From Ulvibacterium sp. (lineage in GTDB: Bacteria > Bacteroidota > Bacteroidia > Flavobacteriales > Flavobacteriaceae), in NCBI RefSeq assembly GCF_965248315.1, contig NZ_CBDFIX010000001.1, forward strand, positions 107,618-171,617: 64,000 nucleotides of DNA, read 5' to 3'. The notes under the pieces were generated by a model that was not told the DNA's origin, did no database searches, and saw only the letters and a list, made by a program, of their open reading frames with translations. Below are positions 1 through 10,079 of this stretch, one piece after another. The stretch's first letter is position 1. Each line of letters opens with the position of its first letter. The translations under genes and the position numbers were made by a program.

Positions 1-154
1 GAGTTGTACGGCGGCCGTGGAATCATATGCGGACACCATCGATAAAGTGGTATCGGAAATACGGGATTCCAAGATTTCCGAAAGAGGAGCTCGTATAGAT
101 GATAAGAGATCCGAAGCAGCAATGGAAAAGAGAAAACAACAAGGATATTTTTAA
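1..154 (+). CDS. cysD: sulfate adenylyltransferase subunit 2 (CysD), C-terminal fragment running off the left edge
   Basis: Frame 2 is open from the window edge to TAA 152-154. The tail ...ERGARIDDKRSEAAMEKRKQQGYF resembles the conserved CysD C-terminus, and it sits directly upstream of cysN. Confidence 0.6.
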   Translation, partial: SCTAAVESYADTIDKVVSEIRDSKISERGARIDDKRSEAAMEKRKQQGYF

Positions 155-211
155 AATTGTCTTTAGTTCATTGTATTCATATATAGGTAACTATAGACTA
201 TTAACTATAAA

Positions 212-1459
212 ATGGAAGTACTAAAAATAGCAACAGCAGGAAGTGTAGATGACGGTAAGAGTACCTTGATCGGAAGATTGTTGTACGACACCAAATCATT
301 AACGGACGATAAGCTGGAAGCCATAGAAAAGACCAGTAAGCTAAAAGGTTATGATTATCTGGATTTTTCCCTGGCAACGGACGGCCTCGTAGCGGAACGT
401 GAGCAGGGCATAACCATAGATGTGGCTCATATCTATTTTTCCACGGCATCTAAAAGCTACATCATTGCGGATACACCTGGGCATGTGGAGTATACACGGA
501 ACATGGTAACGGGTGCTTCCACTTCACAAGCAGCCATTATTTTGATCGATGCTCGTAAAGGAGTTATAGAGCAGACCAATCGACACTTCTTCATCAACAA
601 TTTGTTGCGGGTAAAAGATGTTGTAGTCGCTATAAACAAAATGGATTTGGTCGATTTTTCGGAAGAAAGATACAATCAGATTAAGTCCGATTTTGAGCAA
701 CTGATGGAAAAAAGGGATTATGCAGATCAGAAAATAACTTTTATTCCAGTAAGTGCCCTTAAAGGTGATAATGTTGTGAATCATTCCGAGAATACCCCGT
801 GGTATGACGGACAGACACTTTTGGAGCATTTGGAGGAGTTGGACTTGCAGGATATTTATAACATAGGGACACCACGTTTTCCGGTGCAATATGTTATTCG
901 GCCCAAAACGGATGATTTCCATGATTTTCGAGGATTTGCGGGTAAAGTTTACGGAGGGGAACTAAGTGTTGGTGATGAGGTAGTCATTTTGCCCTCGATG
1001 ACCAAATCCAGAATCAAGGGCATTTATTTTTATGATAAGAAATACAAAACTGCGCCAAGACGTTCCTCGGTGACCATTACATTGGAAGATGAAGTAAACG
1101 TAAGCAGAGGAGATATGTTGGTAAAGGTCGGTGATTTACCTACTATTGATAAGCAATTTACCGCAACGGTTTCATGGATGGATTCCGAGAAGTTATCGGC
1201 CGGGGGTAAATATATTGTTCAGCATGGTATAAACAAGGTGCTGGCAAAAGTGGACAGTATCGAACACAAAATTCTTCCGGACTATTCCGGGATAGAAGAA
1301 GGAGTGACAGCACTGGGGATGAATGACATTGCCCGAGTAAAGTTTAGATTGAACAGACCAATATTTTATGATGCTTTCAAGGCACATAGGACCAACGGTT
1401 CGTTTATCTTGCTAGATACCCGGACCAATAATACCGCCGGGGTAGGGTTTATTAATTAA
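212..1459 (+). CDS. cysN: sulfate adenylyltransferase subunit 1 (CysN, GTPase)
   Basis: 415 aa. GTPase motifs GSVDDGKST (P-loop), DTPGH, NKMD; EF-Tu-like domain II/III; follows cysD. Confidence 0.9.
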   Translation: MEVLKIATAGSVDDGKSTLIGRLLYDTKSLTDDKLEAIEKTSKLKGYDYLDFSLATDGLVAEREQGITIDVAHIYFSTASKSYIIADTPGHVEYTRNMVTGASTSQAAIILIDARKGVIEQTNRHFFINNLLRVKDVVVAINKMDLVDFSEERYNQIKSDFEQLMEKRDYADQKITFIPVSALKGDNVVNHSENTPWYDGQTLLEHLEELDLQDIYNIGTPRFPVQYVIRPKTDDFHDFRGFAGKVYGGELSVGDEVVILPSMTKSRIKGIYFYDKKYKTAPRRSSVTITLEDEVNVSRGDMLVKVGDLPTIDKQFTATVSWMDSEKLSAGGKYIVQHGINKVLAKVDSIEHKILPDYSGIEEGVTALGMNDIARVKFRLNRPIFYDAFKAHRTNGSFILLDTRTNNTAGVGFIN

Positions 1460-1609
1460 AAAGCTGATTTTTTCCTGATTAGAAAGGAAATTTCTATGGG
1501 AGGGGTTTATTGTGAAATCTTAATGAAAGCAGTTTTAATTCCTATAAATCCTATAGGCAAAATAGAAATAAATTCAAATTAGAATAGATAAACATCAGAA
1601 TTCGAAAAT

Positions 1610-3700
1610 ATGCAAAGCTTTAGAACTGAAATAGAGAATCCAGTAGTAGAAAAGGATATTATAGAACTGGAAAGAAAGATTCGGGAGTTCAAGGAAGGGA
1701 ACCTGGATGAAGAGAAGTTCCGAAGTCTCCGATTGGCACGGGGAGTTTATGGCCAAAGGCAGCAGGGCGTCCAGATGGTACGTATTAAACTGCCCTATGG
1801 AAAGGTAACTTCCGATCAATTGCGTAGGATATCCGATGTTTCGGATGAGTATTCCAGAGGTCGTTTGCATATTACGACCCGGCAGGATATTCAAATACAC
1901 TATGTGGATTTGGAACGTACGCCTGAGCTATGGGCGGAGCTAGAAAGAGATGATGTTACACTACGAGAGGCCTGTGGGAATACGGTACGGAATGTTACGG
2001 CTAGTGAAACTGCAGGAATAGATGTTGACGAACCATTTGATGTTTCTCCATACGCCCATGCCCTGTTCGAGTATTTTCTTAGGAACCCCATAGGTCAGGA
2101 AATGGGACGTAAGTTCAAGGTTTCCTTTTCGGCTAGTGATGCCGATACAGGGCTTTCCTATATGCACGACCTTGGTTTTATTGCAAAAATTCAAGACGGG
2201 GTTCGAGGTTTCAAAGTTTTGATTGGCGGTGGATTGGGCTCTCAGCCAAGACATGGTGATGTATTGTTCGAGTTTCTTCCATCTGATAAAATCATCCCGC
2301 TAATGGATGGTGTAATCCGGGTTTTTGATCGTTACGGTGAACGTAAAAGTAGGGCCAAGGCACGGATGAAATTCTTATTAAAGGATATCGGCCTGGACGG
2401 ATTTAAGAAGTTGCTGCAATCGGAACAAAAAGCTGTTCCCCATATATTGTATCCTATTGATGCGGAATCTTACCCAAAGATCGTAGTTTCGGAAAAATCG
2501 GTTCCAGAGGCAGCGATTAAAGATAAAGAAGCCTTTGAAAAATGGAAGTCTACCAATTTGGTTCCTCAAAAACAAGAAGGCCATGTGGCTATTGGTATTA
2601 AGGTATTGTTAGGTGATTTTTATACGGATAAAGCAAGGTTGTTGGCAGATTTGGTTGAAAATTATGCTGCTGGCGAAATACGGTTATCACTTCGTCAAAA
2701 TATTCTGATTCCTTATGTAAAGGAAGAATCAATACCATTTTTCTACTCTGAGTTGGAAAAATTAGGGTTTACGGAAGCTGGTTACAATAAGGCTGCGGAT
2801 ATCACGGCTTGCCCCGGAACGGATACCTGTAATTTAGGCATTGCAAGCAGTACGGGTATAGCCGAAGAGCTGGAAAGAGTAATAAAAAAAGAGTATCCCA
2901 ATTATATTCAGAATCCGGATGTGGTCATTAAGATCAGTGGCTGTATGAATGCCTGTGGACAACATAATATGGCAAACATCGGATTTCAAGGCATGAGCAT
3001 CCGTACCAAGGATAAATTGGTTGCACCTGCTTTGCAAGTGTTGTTAGGCGGTGGAAATGACGGTAATGGCAATGCCCGTTTTGCGGACAAAGTGATTAAA
3101 ATACCCAGCAAAAGAGGCCCACAGGCGCTCAGGTTGATTCTAGATGATTATAACACCAATGGCAATGGGGCTGCGTATGCCGATTATTATGAAGAGAAGG
3201 GACAAATATATTTCTATGACTTTCTAAAACCCTTGACCGAGATAGATAACCTTGCCCCGGAGGATTTCATCGATTGGGGAACAACGGAGCGTTACAAAAA
3301 GGCTATCGGCATTGGAGAATGTGCAGGAGTAGTCATTGATTTGATCGCTACTTTACTTTTTGAGAGTGAAGAGAAAATCCAAAGTGCTGGAGACACTTTT
3401 AATGAGGGGAAATGGGCGGCAAGTATCTACTATTCTTATTCCTCCATGGTCAATTCAGCAAAAGCTCTGCTTACGGCTGAGAATGTCAAGGTCAATACCC
3501 ATGCTGGTATCATTAAGGATTTTGATGAAAAATTTGTAGCATCCGGAAGAATTGATTTGGGCAAGGGATTTGAGGAACTAGTTTTACAATTGAATCAAAA
3601 GGAGCCTTCCAAAGCCTTTGCCAAAAGTTATTTGGAAGATGCCAAAGGATTTTTGAAAGCGGTAGAGAAGTTTAGGGAATTGGAACTTGCCGAAGTATAG
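1610..3700 (+). CDS. sir: assimilatory sulfite reductase, ferredoxin/hemoprotein type (NiR/SiR family) with C-terminal extension
   Basis: 696 aa. Duplicated NiR/SiR ferredoxin-like half domains; siroheme-[4Fe-4S] Cys cluster CPGTDTCNLG ... GCMNACGQH; located in the cys cluster. Confidence 0.85.
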   Translation: MQSFRTEIENPVVEKDIIELERKIREFKEGNLDEEKFRSLRLARGVYGQRQQGVQMVRIKLPYGKVTSDQLRRISDVSDEYSRGRLHITTRQDIQIHYVDLERTPELWAELERDDVTLREACGNTVRNVTASETAGIDVDEPFDVSPYAHALFEYFLRNPIGQEMGRKFKVSFSASDADTGLSYMHDLGFIAKIQDGVRGFKVLIGGGLGSQPRHGDVLFEFLPSDKIIPLMDGVIRVFDRYGERKSRAKARMKFLLKDIGLDGFKKLLQSEQKAVPHILYPIDAESYPKIVVSEKSVPEAAIKDKEAFEKWKSTNLVPQKQEGHVAIGIKVLLGDFYTDKARLLADLVENYAAGEIRLSLRQNILIPYVKEESIPFFYSELEKLGFTEAGYNKAADITACPGTDTCNLGIASSTGIAEELERVIKKEYPNYIQNPDVVIKISGCMNACGQHNMANIGFQGMSIRTKDKLVAPALQVLLGGGNDGNGNARFADKVIKIPSKRGPQALRLILDDYNTNGNGAAYADYYEEKGQIYFYDFLKPLTEIDNLAPEDFIDWGTTERYKKAIGIGECAGVVIDLIATLLFESEEKIQSAGDTFNEGKWAASIYYSYSSMVNSAKALLTAENVKVNTHAGIIKDFDEKFVASGRIDLGKGFEELVLQLNQKEPSKAFAKSYLEDAKGFLKAVEKFRELELAEV

Positions 3701-3707
3701 CAAAAAA

Positions 3708-4532
3708 ATGAATTTGGAAAACAACATATCAAAAAAGGGCTATACCAAAATTTCTTCCTTTAGGAAAGGACAGCCCTTTTTCACTGTGATAGGTGCGGGT
3801 CCCGGGGACTCGGAGCTTATCACTTTAAAAGCAGTTAAAGCTTTGGGTACGGCGGATGTAGTTCTATACGACGCATTGGTAAATCCTGAATTATTGGAAT
3901 ATGCCCCAAAGGCAGAACATATTTTTGTAGGAAAACGCAAGGGATGTTATGCCTATCAACAGGAACAGATAAATGAATTGATCGTTACTCGGGCCAGAAC
4001 CTATGGGCATGTGGTACGATTAAAAGGAGGCGACCCTTTTGTTTTTGGTCGGGGTGCGGAGGAGATGGAATATGCTACAAACCATGGTATACAAACAGCT
4101 ATGATACCTGGAATTTCCTCCTGTATTTCCGTGCCGGCAGCGCAGGATATACCGGTTACAAAGCGAAATTCAGCTGAAAGTTTTTGGGTAATCACTGGGA
4201 CCACTAAAGAACATAAACTGTCCCAAGATGTACATCTGGCTGCAAAATCCAGTGCAACGGTAGTTATTTTAATGGGGATGTCCAAACTCCCTGAAATCGT
4301 TACACTTTTTAAAAAGGAGGGAAAATCGGAAACTCCTGTAGCAATTATCCAAAATGGAACACGAAAAGATGAAAAAATTGGCATAGGAACAATCGATACT
4401 ATTGAAGACGTAGTTCGTGAAGAGAAATTGGCCAATCCCGCCATTATTATCATTGGTGAAGTTGTAAATCATAGGACATCCATTCAAAAAGTTGTCCTAA
4501 GTAATGTAAACGAATTAAGTTTAGAAGTATGA
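3708..4532 (+). CDS. cobA: uroporphyrinogen-III C-methyltransferase (siroheme branch)
   Basis: Tetrapyrrole methylase motifs VIGAGPGDSELITLKA and LKGGDPFVFGRG. ATG 3708 is preferred over the TTG at 3687, which overlaps sir. Confidence 0.85.
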   Translation: MNLENNISKKGYTKISSFRKGQPFFTVIGAGPGDSELITLKAVKALGTADVVLYDALVNPELLEYAPKAEHIFVGKRKGCYAYQQEQINELIVTRARTYGHVVRLKGGDPFVFGRGAEEMEYATNHGIQTAMIPGISSCISVPAAQDIPVTKRNSAESFWVITGTTKEHKLSQDVHLAAKSSATVVILMGMSKLPEIVTLFKKEGKSETPVAIIQNGTRKDEKIGIGTIDTIEDVVREEKLANPAIIIIGEVVNHRTSIQKVVLSNVNELSLEV

Positions 4533-5590
4533 TCAAAACAGATATTATTATTATAGGAGCAGGTCCCACAGGACTATTCACGGTATTCGAAGCCGGATTG
4601 TTGAAGCTTAAGACGCATCTAATCGATGCGTTGCCACAACCAGGGGGCCAGTGTTCGGAAATTTATCCAAAAAAACCCATTTACGATATTCCGGCTTTTC
4701 CGGAAATTTTGGCTGGACAATTGGTGGATAACCTTATGGAACAAGTTAAACCCTTTGCTCCCGGATTTACTCTGGGGGAACGAGCGGAGACTTTGGATAA
4801 ACAAGAGGATGGTTCCTTTATTGTAACCACTAACAAAGGAACAAAACATCAGGCGCCGGTAGTTGTTATTGCGGGTGGATTGGGATCTTTTGAGCCCCGC
4901 AAACCCCCAATTGAGAACATTTTGGATTTTGAGGACAAGGGCGTTGCCTACATGGTTAAGGATCCTGAAGTATATCGCAATAAAAAAGTAGTCATTGCCG
5001 GTGGTGGTGATTCTGCATTGGATTGGGCCATTTTCTTGGCCGATGTAGCCTCTGAAGTTTCATTGGTACACCGCAGGAATGAATTCCGAGGAGCTCTGGA
5101 TTCCGTCGAAAAGGCTTCGGAGTTAGCCAAATTGGGAAAAATAAAACTCTATACGGAAGCCGAAGTAAAAAAACTGTACGGAGATGAGCACTTAGAAGCT
5201 GTAGTCATAAAACATAATGATGTGGCCAAGGGCGAAACCTACGTGGAGACTGATAATTTTATCCCTTTGTTCGGCCTTTCACCAAAGTTAGGGCCCATAG
5301 GAGATTGGGGCCTTGAAATTGAGAAAAATGCTATTAAAGTAAATAACGCTAAGGACTACCAGACCAACATTCCGGGGGTATTTGCGATCGGTGATGTCAA
5401 TACCTATGAGGGCAAATTAAAACTGATCCTATCTGGCTTTCATGAGGCTGCCGTCATGTGCCAATACGCTTATCAGATTGTAAATCCAGATAAACGTTAT
5501 GTAATGAAGTATACCACTGTAGGTGGAGTTCAAGGTTTTGATGGTACCAAAAAGGAGGCCAAAAGAGAAGTAGTGCAGAGTATACTGTAA
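4529..5590 (+). CDS. ferredoxin-NADP+ reductase, thioredoxin-reductase-like type (no CxxC)
   Basis: 353 aa. FAD site IIIGAGPTGL and NADPH site VIAGGGDSALDWA; lacks the redox CxxC of TrxR (YumC-type FNR). ATGA overlap with cobA. Confidence 0.8.
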   Translation: MIKTDIIIIGAGPTGLFTVFEAGLLKLKTHLIDALPQPGGQCSEIYPKKPIYDIPAFPEILAGQLVDNLMEQVKPFAPGFTLGERAETLDKQEDGSFIVTTNKGTKHQAPVVVIAGGLGSFEPRKPPIENILDFEDKGVAYMVKDPEVYRNKKVVIAGGGDSALDWAIFLADVASEVSLVHRRNEFRGALDSVEKASELAKLGKIKLYTEAEVKKLYGDEHLEAVVIKHNDVAKGETYVETDNFIPLFGLSPKLGPIGDWGLEIEKNAIKVNNAKDYQTNIPGVFAIGDVNTYEGKLKLILSGFHEAAVMCQYAYQIVNPDKRYVMKYTTVGGVQGFDGTKKEAKREVVQSIL

Positions 5591-5619
5591 TACCGATTTT
5601 CTGTTCATAAATGAATTTC

Positions 5620-5653
5620 CGACCCTCTGACAAAATTTGTTCGAGGGTTTTTC
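5620..5653 (+). terminator. intrinsic terminator after the cys operon
   Basis: Hairpin ACCCTC (5622-5627) / GAGGGT (5643-5648) followed by TTTTT, 30 nt after the FNR stop. Confidence 0.6.
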
Positions 5654-5742
5654 GTTAAGGCTTTATGTTAAAAAAACACGGGATTGTTTGCATTTAAGGG
5701 TCCCTTGACGTTACTTTGTATCAGTTCATTAAAAAATTGAAG

Positions 5743-5850
5743 TCGTTATCAAGAAAGGTGGAGGGACTAGACCCTATGAAACCTTAGCAACCCTTTCCTG
5801 TAAAGAAGGTGCTACATTCTATCACTCTATCACGAAGTGACAGATAACAA
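5743..5850 (+). promoter_or_regulatory. SAM-I (S-box) riboswitch aptamer
   Basis: P1 GUUAUC (5745-5750) / GAUAAC (5843-5848). Core AAGAAAGGUGGAGGGACUAGACCCUAUGAAACCUUAGCAACC ... AGAAGGUGCUACAUUC matches the S-box consensus. It lies 84 nt upstream of the methionine synthase genes. Confidence 0.85.
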
Positions 5851-5933
5851 GGATCAAAGTTTTCGCCTAACATTCCCTTTCCTTGCTAACATTAAATCTG
5901 TGCGATTTTTTAGTATTGCACATAAGAGTCGAT

Positions 5934-6944
5934 ATGAAAAAAATTCAAGACATACTTAAGGAGCGCATTCTGGTATTGGACGGGGCTATGGGTACAATGC
6001 TCCAACGTTATAAGTTTACCGAACCGGATTTTCGGGGACAGCGTTTTAAGGATTGGAAACATCCATTACAAGGCAATAATGATTTATTGTCCTTGACCCA
6101 GCCTGAAGCCATTGCCGAAGTTCATCGAAAATACTTTGCAGCTGGAGCCGATATTGTGGAGACCAATACGTTTTCCGGTACTACTATTGCCATGGCTGAT
6201 TACCATATGGAAGATTTGGTCTATGAGCTCAACTATGAGTCGGCCAAAATTGCGAAAAAAGTAGCCGAAGAATTTACCAGTTCAGAACCACATAAGCCTC
6301 GTTTCGTTGCAGGGAGTATTGGTCCTACGAACAAAACGGCCAGTATGTCCCCGGACGTAAATGATCCCGGATTTCGAGCGATTTCCTTTGACGAACTTCG
6401 ACTTGCCTATAAAGAACAAGTGGAGGCATTGTTGGACGGTGGATCGGATATTCTTTTGGTGGAGACTATTTTTGATACGCTCAATGCCAAGGCAGCTCTG
6501 TTTGCCATAGAAGAAGTAAAGGAAGAACGAAAGATAGAAGTTCCCATTATGGTAAGCGGAACTATTACCGATGCTTCCGGAAGAACATTATCCGGACAGA
6601 CTGCCGAAGCTTTTTTAATCTCCGTTTCGCACATTCCAATCTTATCCGTTGGGTTCAATTGTGCCTTGGGAGCCAGTCAATTGGTGCCTCACCTTGAAGT
6701 TGTTTCTAATAGATCGGAACACTTTATTTCCGCTCATCCCAATGCTGGTCTACCCAATGCTTTTGGTGAGTATGATGAATCCCCGGAACAAATGGCCGCC
6801 CAGATTAAGGAATATGTGGAAAAAAGACTTGTAAATATTGTGGGCGGATGTTGTGGAACCACCCCGGAGCACATATCGGCAATTGCCGAGTTGGTAAAAG
6901 AGTATAGCCCTAGAAAGCTGAAAGTAGAATCCGTGACCCTATGA
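5934..6944 (+). CDS. metH: methionine synthase, homocysteine-binding (S-methyltransferase) domain encoded as a separate protein
   Basis: Starts [21 protein letters not shown]. Zn-ligand motifs FNCALG and [14 protein letters not shown] 5934 is preferred over the TTG at 5883. Confidence 0.85.
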   Translation: MKKIQDILKERILVLDGAMGTMLQRYKFTEPDFRGQRFKDWKHPLQGNNDLLSLTQPEAIAEVHRKYFAAGADIVETNTFSGTTIAMADYHMEDLVYELNYESAKIAKKVAEEFTSSEPHKPRFVAGSIGPTNKTASMSPDVNDPGFRAISFDELRLAYKEQVEALLDGGSDILLVETIFDTLNAKAALFAIEEVKEERKIEVPIMVSGTITDASGRTLSGQTAEAFLISVSHIPILSVGFNCALGASQLVPHLEVVSNRSEHFISAHPNAGLPNAFGEYDESPEQMAAQIKEYVEKRLVNIVGGCCGTTPEHISAIAELVKEYSPRKLKVESVTL

Positions 6945-7222
6945 TTTTAGAAGTGGCTGTTTTGAATATTAGGCAAGGTTTGTCTGAAGAATTTGAACAA
7001 AGTTTTGCTCAAGCCGCTCGGCTAATTGCCAAAACAAAAGGGTATGGCTCGCATGAGCTTAAAAAATGTATTGAAATAGAAGATCAATATATATTATTGG
7101 TGAATTGGGAAACTTTAAAAAATCATGAGGTTGACTTTCGGCAATCTTCGGATTATCAAGAATGGAGTAAACTTTTGCATCATTTTTATGAACCTTTTCC
7201 AGAAGTATTACATTATTATTAA
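6941..7222 (+). CDS. small ABM-fold (antibiotic biosynthesis monooxygenase-like / Dabb) protein
   Basis: 93 aa. [13 protein letters not shown]...[26 protein letters not shown] is typical of ABM domains. Start overlaps the upstream stop (ATGA) and its stop overlaps the downstream start (TAATG). Confidence 0.6.
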   Translation: MILEVAVLNIRQGLSEEFEQSFAQAARLIAKTKGYGSHELKKCIEIEDQYILLVNWETLKNHEVDFRQSSDYQEWSKLLHHFYEPFPEVLHYY

Positions 7223-9912
7223 TGACAGAAACAAAACCAAAATATCTTAAACTATCAGGTCTTGAACCACTAGTAGTAACTCCGGAAAGCAATTTCATTA
7301 ATGTGGGGGAGCGAACCAATGTGGCTGGTTCCAAGAAGTTTCTTCGATTGATAAAAGAGGAGAAGTTTGAAGAAGCCTTGGATGTGGCTCGAGATCAGGT
7401 GGAAGGCGGTGCCCAGATTATAGACATCAATATGGATGACGGACTTATCGATGGGAAGGAGGCCATGGTTAAGTTCCTCAATCTGATAGTTGCCGAACCT
7501 GATATTGCTCGCGTACCCATTATGATAGATAGTTCTAAATGGGATATCATAGAAGCTGGCCTACAGGTAGTTCAGGGAAAATGCGTGGTGAATTCCATTA
7601 GCCTAAAGGAAGGCGAGGCTGAGTTTATTCAGCATGCAAAGTTGATAAAACGTTATGGAGCGGCTGTTATCGTAATGGCTTTTGATGAAGTAGGACAGGC
7701 CGATAATTATGACCGCCGTATCGAGATTTCCAAGCGATCGTACGATATTTTAGTAAATGAGGTGGCTTTTCCCCCGGAAGATATCATTTTTGACCTCAAT
7801 ATATTCCCAGTCGCTACGGGAATGGACGAACACAAACGTAATGCATTGGATTTCATCGAAGCTACCAAATGGGTTCGGGAAAACCTACCCCATTGCAGCG
7901 TTAGCGGAGGAGTGAGCAACGTTTCGTTTTCGTTTCGAGGCAATAACCCGGTTAGAGAGGCCATGCACTCTGTGTTCCTATACCATGCCATAAAATCCGG
8001 GATGAACATGGGTATTGTAAATCCCACCATGTTGGAGGTCTATGATGATATTCCCAAAGACTTATTGGAGCACGTGGAAGATGTCATTTTGAACCGAAGG
8101 GATGATGCCACGGAACGTTTGTTGGATTTTGCCGAAACTGTTGTTGGCAAGGCCAAGGAAAGCAAGGTAGACCTATCATGGCGGGAGGAGCCCTTACAGG
8201 AAAGGATTACACGTGCCTTGGTAAAGGGAATTGACCAATATATTGAAGCAGACGTGGAAGCTGCACGGCAAAGTGTCAATAAACCTATTGAAGTCATTGA
8301 AGGTCATTTGATGACTGGAATGAACGTGGTCGGCGATCTTTTCGGGAGCGGAAAAATGTTCTTGCCTCAGGTGGTAAAATCGGCAAGGGTTATGAAAAAG
8401 GCTGTTGCTTACCTTCTTCCATTTATTGAGGAAGAGAAATTAAAAAACCCTCAAGTTGGGAATTCCAATTCAGCCGGAAAAATATTAATGGCGACAGTCA
8501 AAGGCGATGTGCACGATATCGGGAAGAATATTGTAAGTGTAGTTTTGGCCTGTAACAACTATGAAATAGTGGATTTAGGGGTAATGGTACCTCCGGAGAA
8601 GATAATTAAGACTGCTATTGAAGAAAGGGTCGATGTAATAGGATTAAGTGGATTGATTACGCCGTCACTGGATGAAATGGTTCATCTTGCCAAGGAAATG
8701 GAACGTCAGGATTTTAAGGTTCCTTTGTTGATTGGAGGAGCCACAACCAGCAAAGCACATACGGCTGTAAAAATAGATCCGCAATACAAGAATGCAGTGG
8801 TACACGTCAACGACGCATCACGTGCCGTTACTGTTGTGGGTGATTTGCTTCAAAAGGAAACTTCGCAAACCTATAAGAATGGTATTAAGGAAGATTATGA
8901 GGAATTCCGGGATAAATTTCTAAAACGCACCAAGCAAAAAGAGTATTTGACCCTAAAGGGAGCACGGGACAATAAGTTCCAAATTGATTGGACGGAAACC
9001 GAATTGATTGAACCTAACCATAAGGGCACACAGACTATCGAGAACTTGGATTTGTCCCTTTTAATAGATTATATCGATTGGACACCATTTTTCAGAAGTT
9101 GGGATTTACACGGAAAGTATCCAAATATTTTAACTGACGATGTTGTTGGTCAACAAGCAACTGAGTTATTTGAAGATGCCCAGGAAATGTTGGGAAAAAT
9201 TGTAAACGAAAAGTTGTTAAAAGCAAAAGCGATTTTCGGATTGTTTCCTGCGAATACCATCAATACTGATGATATTGAAGTATTGGCCAAGGACGGAAAA
9301 TTTATTTTTAGAACATTGCGGCAACAATTAAAAAAGCGGGCCGGTGTCCCTAATTTTGCTTTATCCGATTTTATTGCTCCTAAAGAAATCGGTAAACAAG
9401 ATTACATGGGTTGTTTTTGTGTAAGTACCGGATTCGGTACTTCGGAACTGGCTGCTGCATATGAAAAAGAGCATGACGATTATAGTTCAATAATGGTGAA
9501 AGCACTAGCCGATCGTTTGGCGGAGGCTTTTGCGGAATACTTGCACAAGGAAGTAAGAACCCAATATTGGGGTTATGCAAATGACGAAAATTTGAGCAAC
9601 GAGGAATTGATTAAAGAATCGTATAAGGGGATACGCCCTGCACCGGGTTATCCGGCCTGTCCGGATCATCTGGAAAAATTAACGATTTGGAAATTATTGG
9701 AAGTTGAGAAAAATATCGGCGTAAAGTTAACGGAAAGCTTGGCCATGTGGCCGGCGGCATCGGTCAGCGGATATTATTTTGGGCATTCAGAAGCAAGATA
9801 TTTTGGACTTGGAAAAATAAAGGAGGATCAAGTTAAGGATTTTGCCGAACGAAAGGAGATATCATTTGAAGAAGCAAGCAAATGGCTAGCACCTAACATA
9901 GCAGATGATTGA
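7222..9912 (+). CDS. metH: methionine synthase, pterin-binding + cobalamin-binding + AdoMet-activation domains
   Basis: 896 aa. B12 motif GDVHDIGKN (DxHxxG) and activation-domain motif [12 protein letters not shown]; pterin-binding barrel at the N-terminus. Confidence 0.9.
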   Translation: MTETKPKYLKLSGLEPLVVTPESNFINVGERTNVAGSKKFLRLIKEEKFEEALDVARDQVEGGAQIIDINMDDGLIDGKEAMVKFLNLIVAEPDIARVPIMIDSSKWDIIEAGLQVVQGKCVVNSISLKEGEAEFIQHAKLIKRYGAAVIVMAFDEVGQADNYDRRIEISKRSYDILVNEVAFPPEDIIFDLNIFPVATGMDEHKRNALDFIEATKWVRENLPHCSVSGGVSNVSFSFRGNNPVREAMHSVFLYHAIKSGMNMGIVNPTMLEVYDDIPKDLLEHVEDVILNRRDDATERLLDFAETVVGKAKESKVDLSWREEPLQERITRALVKGIDQYIEADVEAARQSVNKPIEVIEGHLMTGMNVVGDLFGSGKMFLPQVVKSARVMKKAVAYLLPFIEEEKLKNPQVGNSNSAGKILMATVKGDVHDIGKNIVSVVLACNNYEIVDLGVMVPPEKIIKTAIEERVDVIGLSGLITPSLDEMVHLAKEMERQDFKVPLLIGGATTSKAHTAVKIDPQYKNAVVHVNDASRAVTVVGDLLQKETSQTYKNGIKEDYEEFRDKFLKRTKQKEYLTLKGARDNKFQIDWTETELIEPNHKGTQTIENLDLSLLIDYIDWTPFFRSWDLHGKYPNILTDDVVGQQATELFEDAQEMLGKIVNEKLLKAKAIFGLFPANTINTDDIEVLAKDGKFIFRTLRQQLKKRAGVPNFALSDFIAPKEIGKQDYMGCFCVSTGFGTSELAAAYEKEHDDYSSIMVKALADRLAEAFAEYLHKEVRTQYWGYANDENLSNEELIKESYKGIRPAPGYPACPDHLEKLTIWKLLEVEKNIGVKLTESLAMWPAASVSGYYFGHSEARYFGLGKIKEDQVKDFAERKEISFEEASKWLAPNIADD

Positions 9913-10079
9913 TATAAAAATAATATTGCACTGTAAGCTTGTAGCGGAATCTTTGCCCTGTCTTGGGACAGCGGAGCTCCAAAACCAAATATAGCAGAAA
10001 CTAAATAGAATTAACAACCCTTTACTCGCTGCCCCAAAAAAGTCATGTAACCGAGCGTTAAGGGAGACAACCAAATAGA

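Noticed and set aside
1460-1609. Regulatory element between cysN and the sulfite reductase gene (hairpin TTTCCT/AGGAAA, palindrome CCTATAGG)
   Set aside because: These are AT-rich, short (6 bp) stems with no U-tract and no similarity to known riboswitches. It is most likely plain operon spacer.
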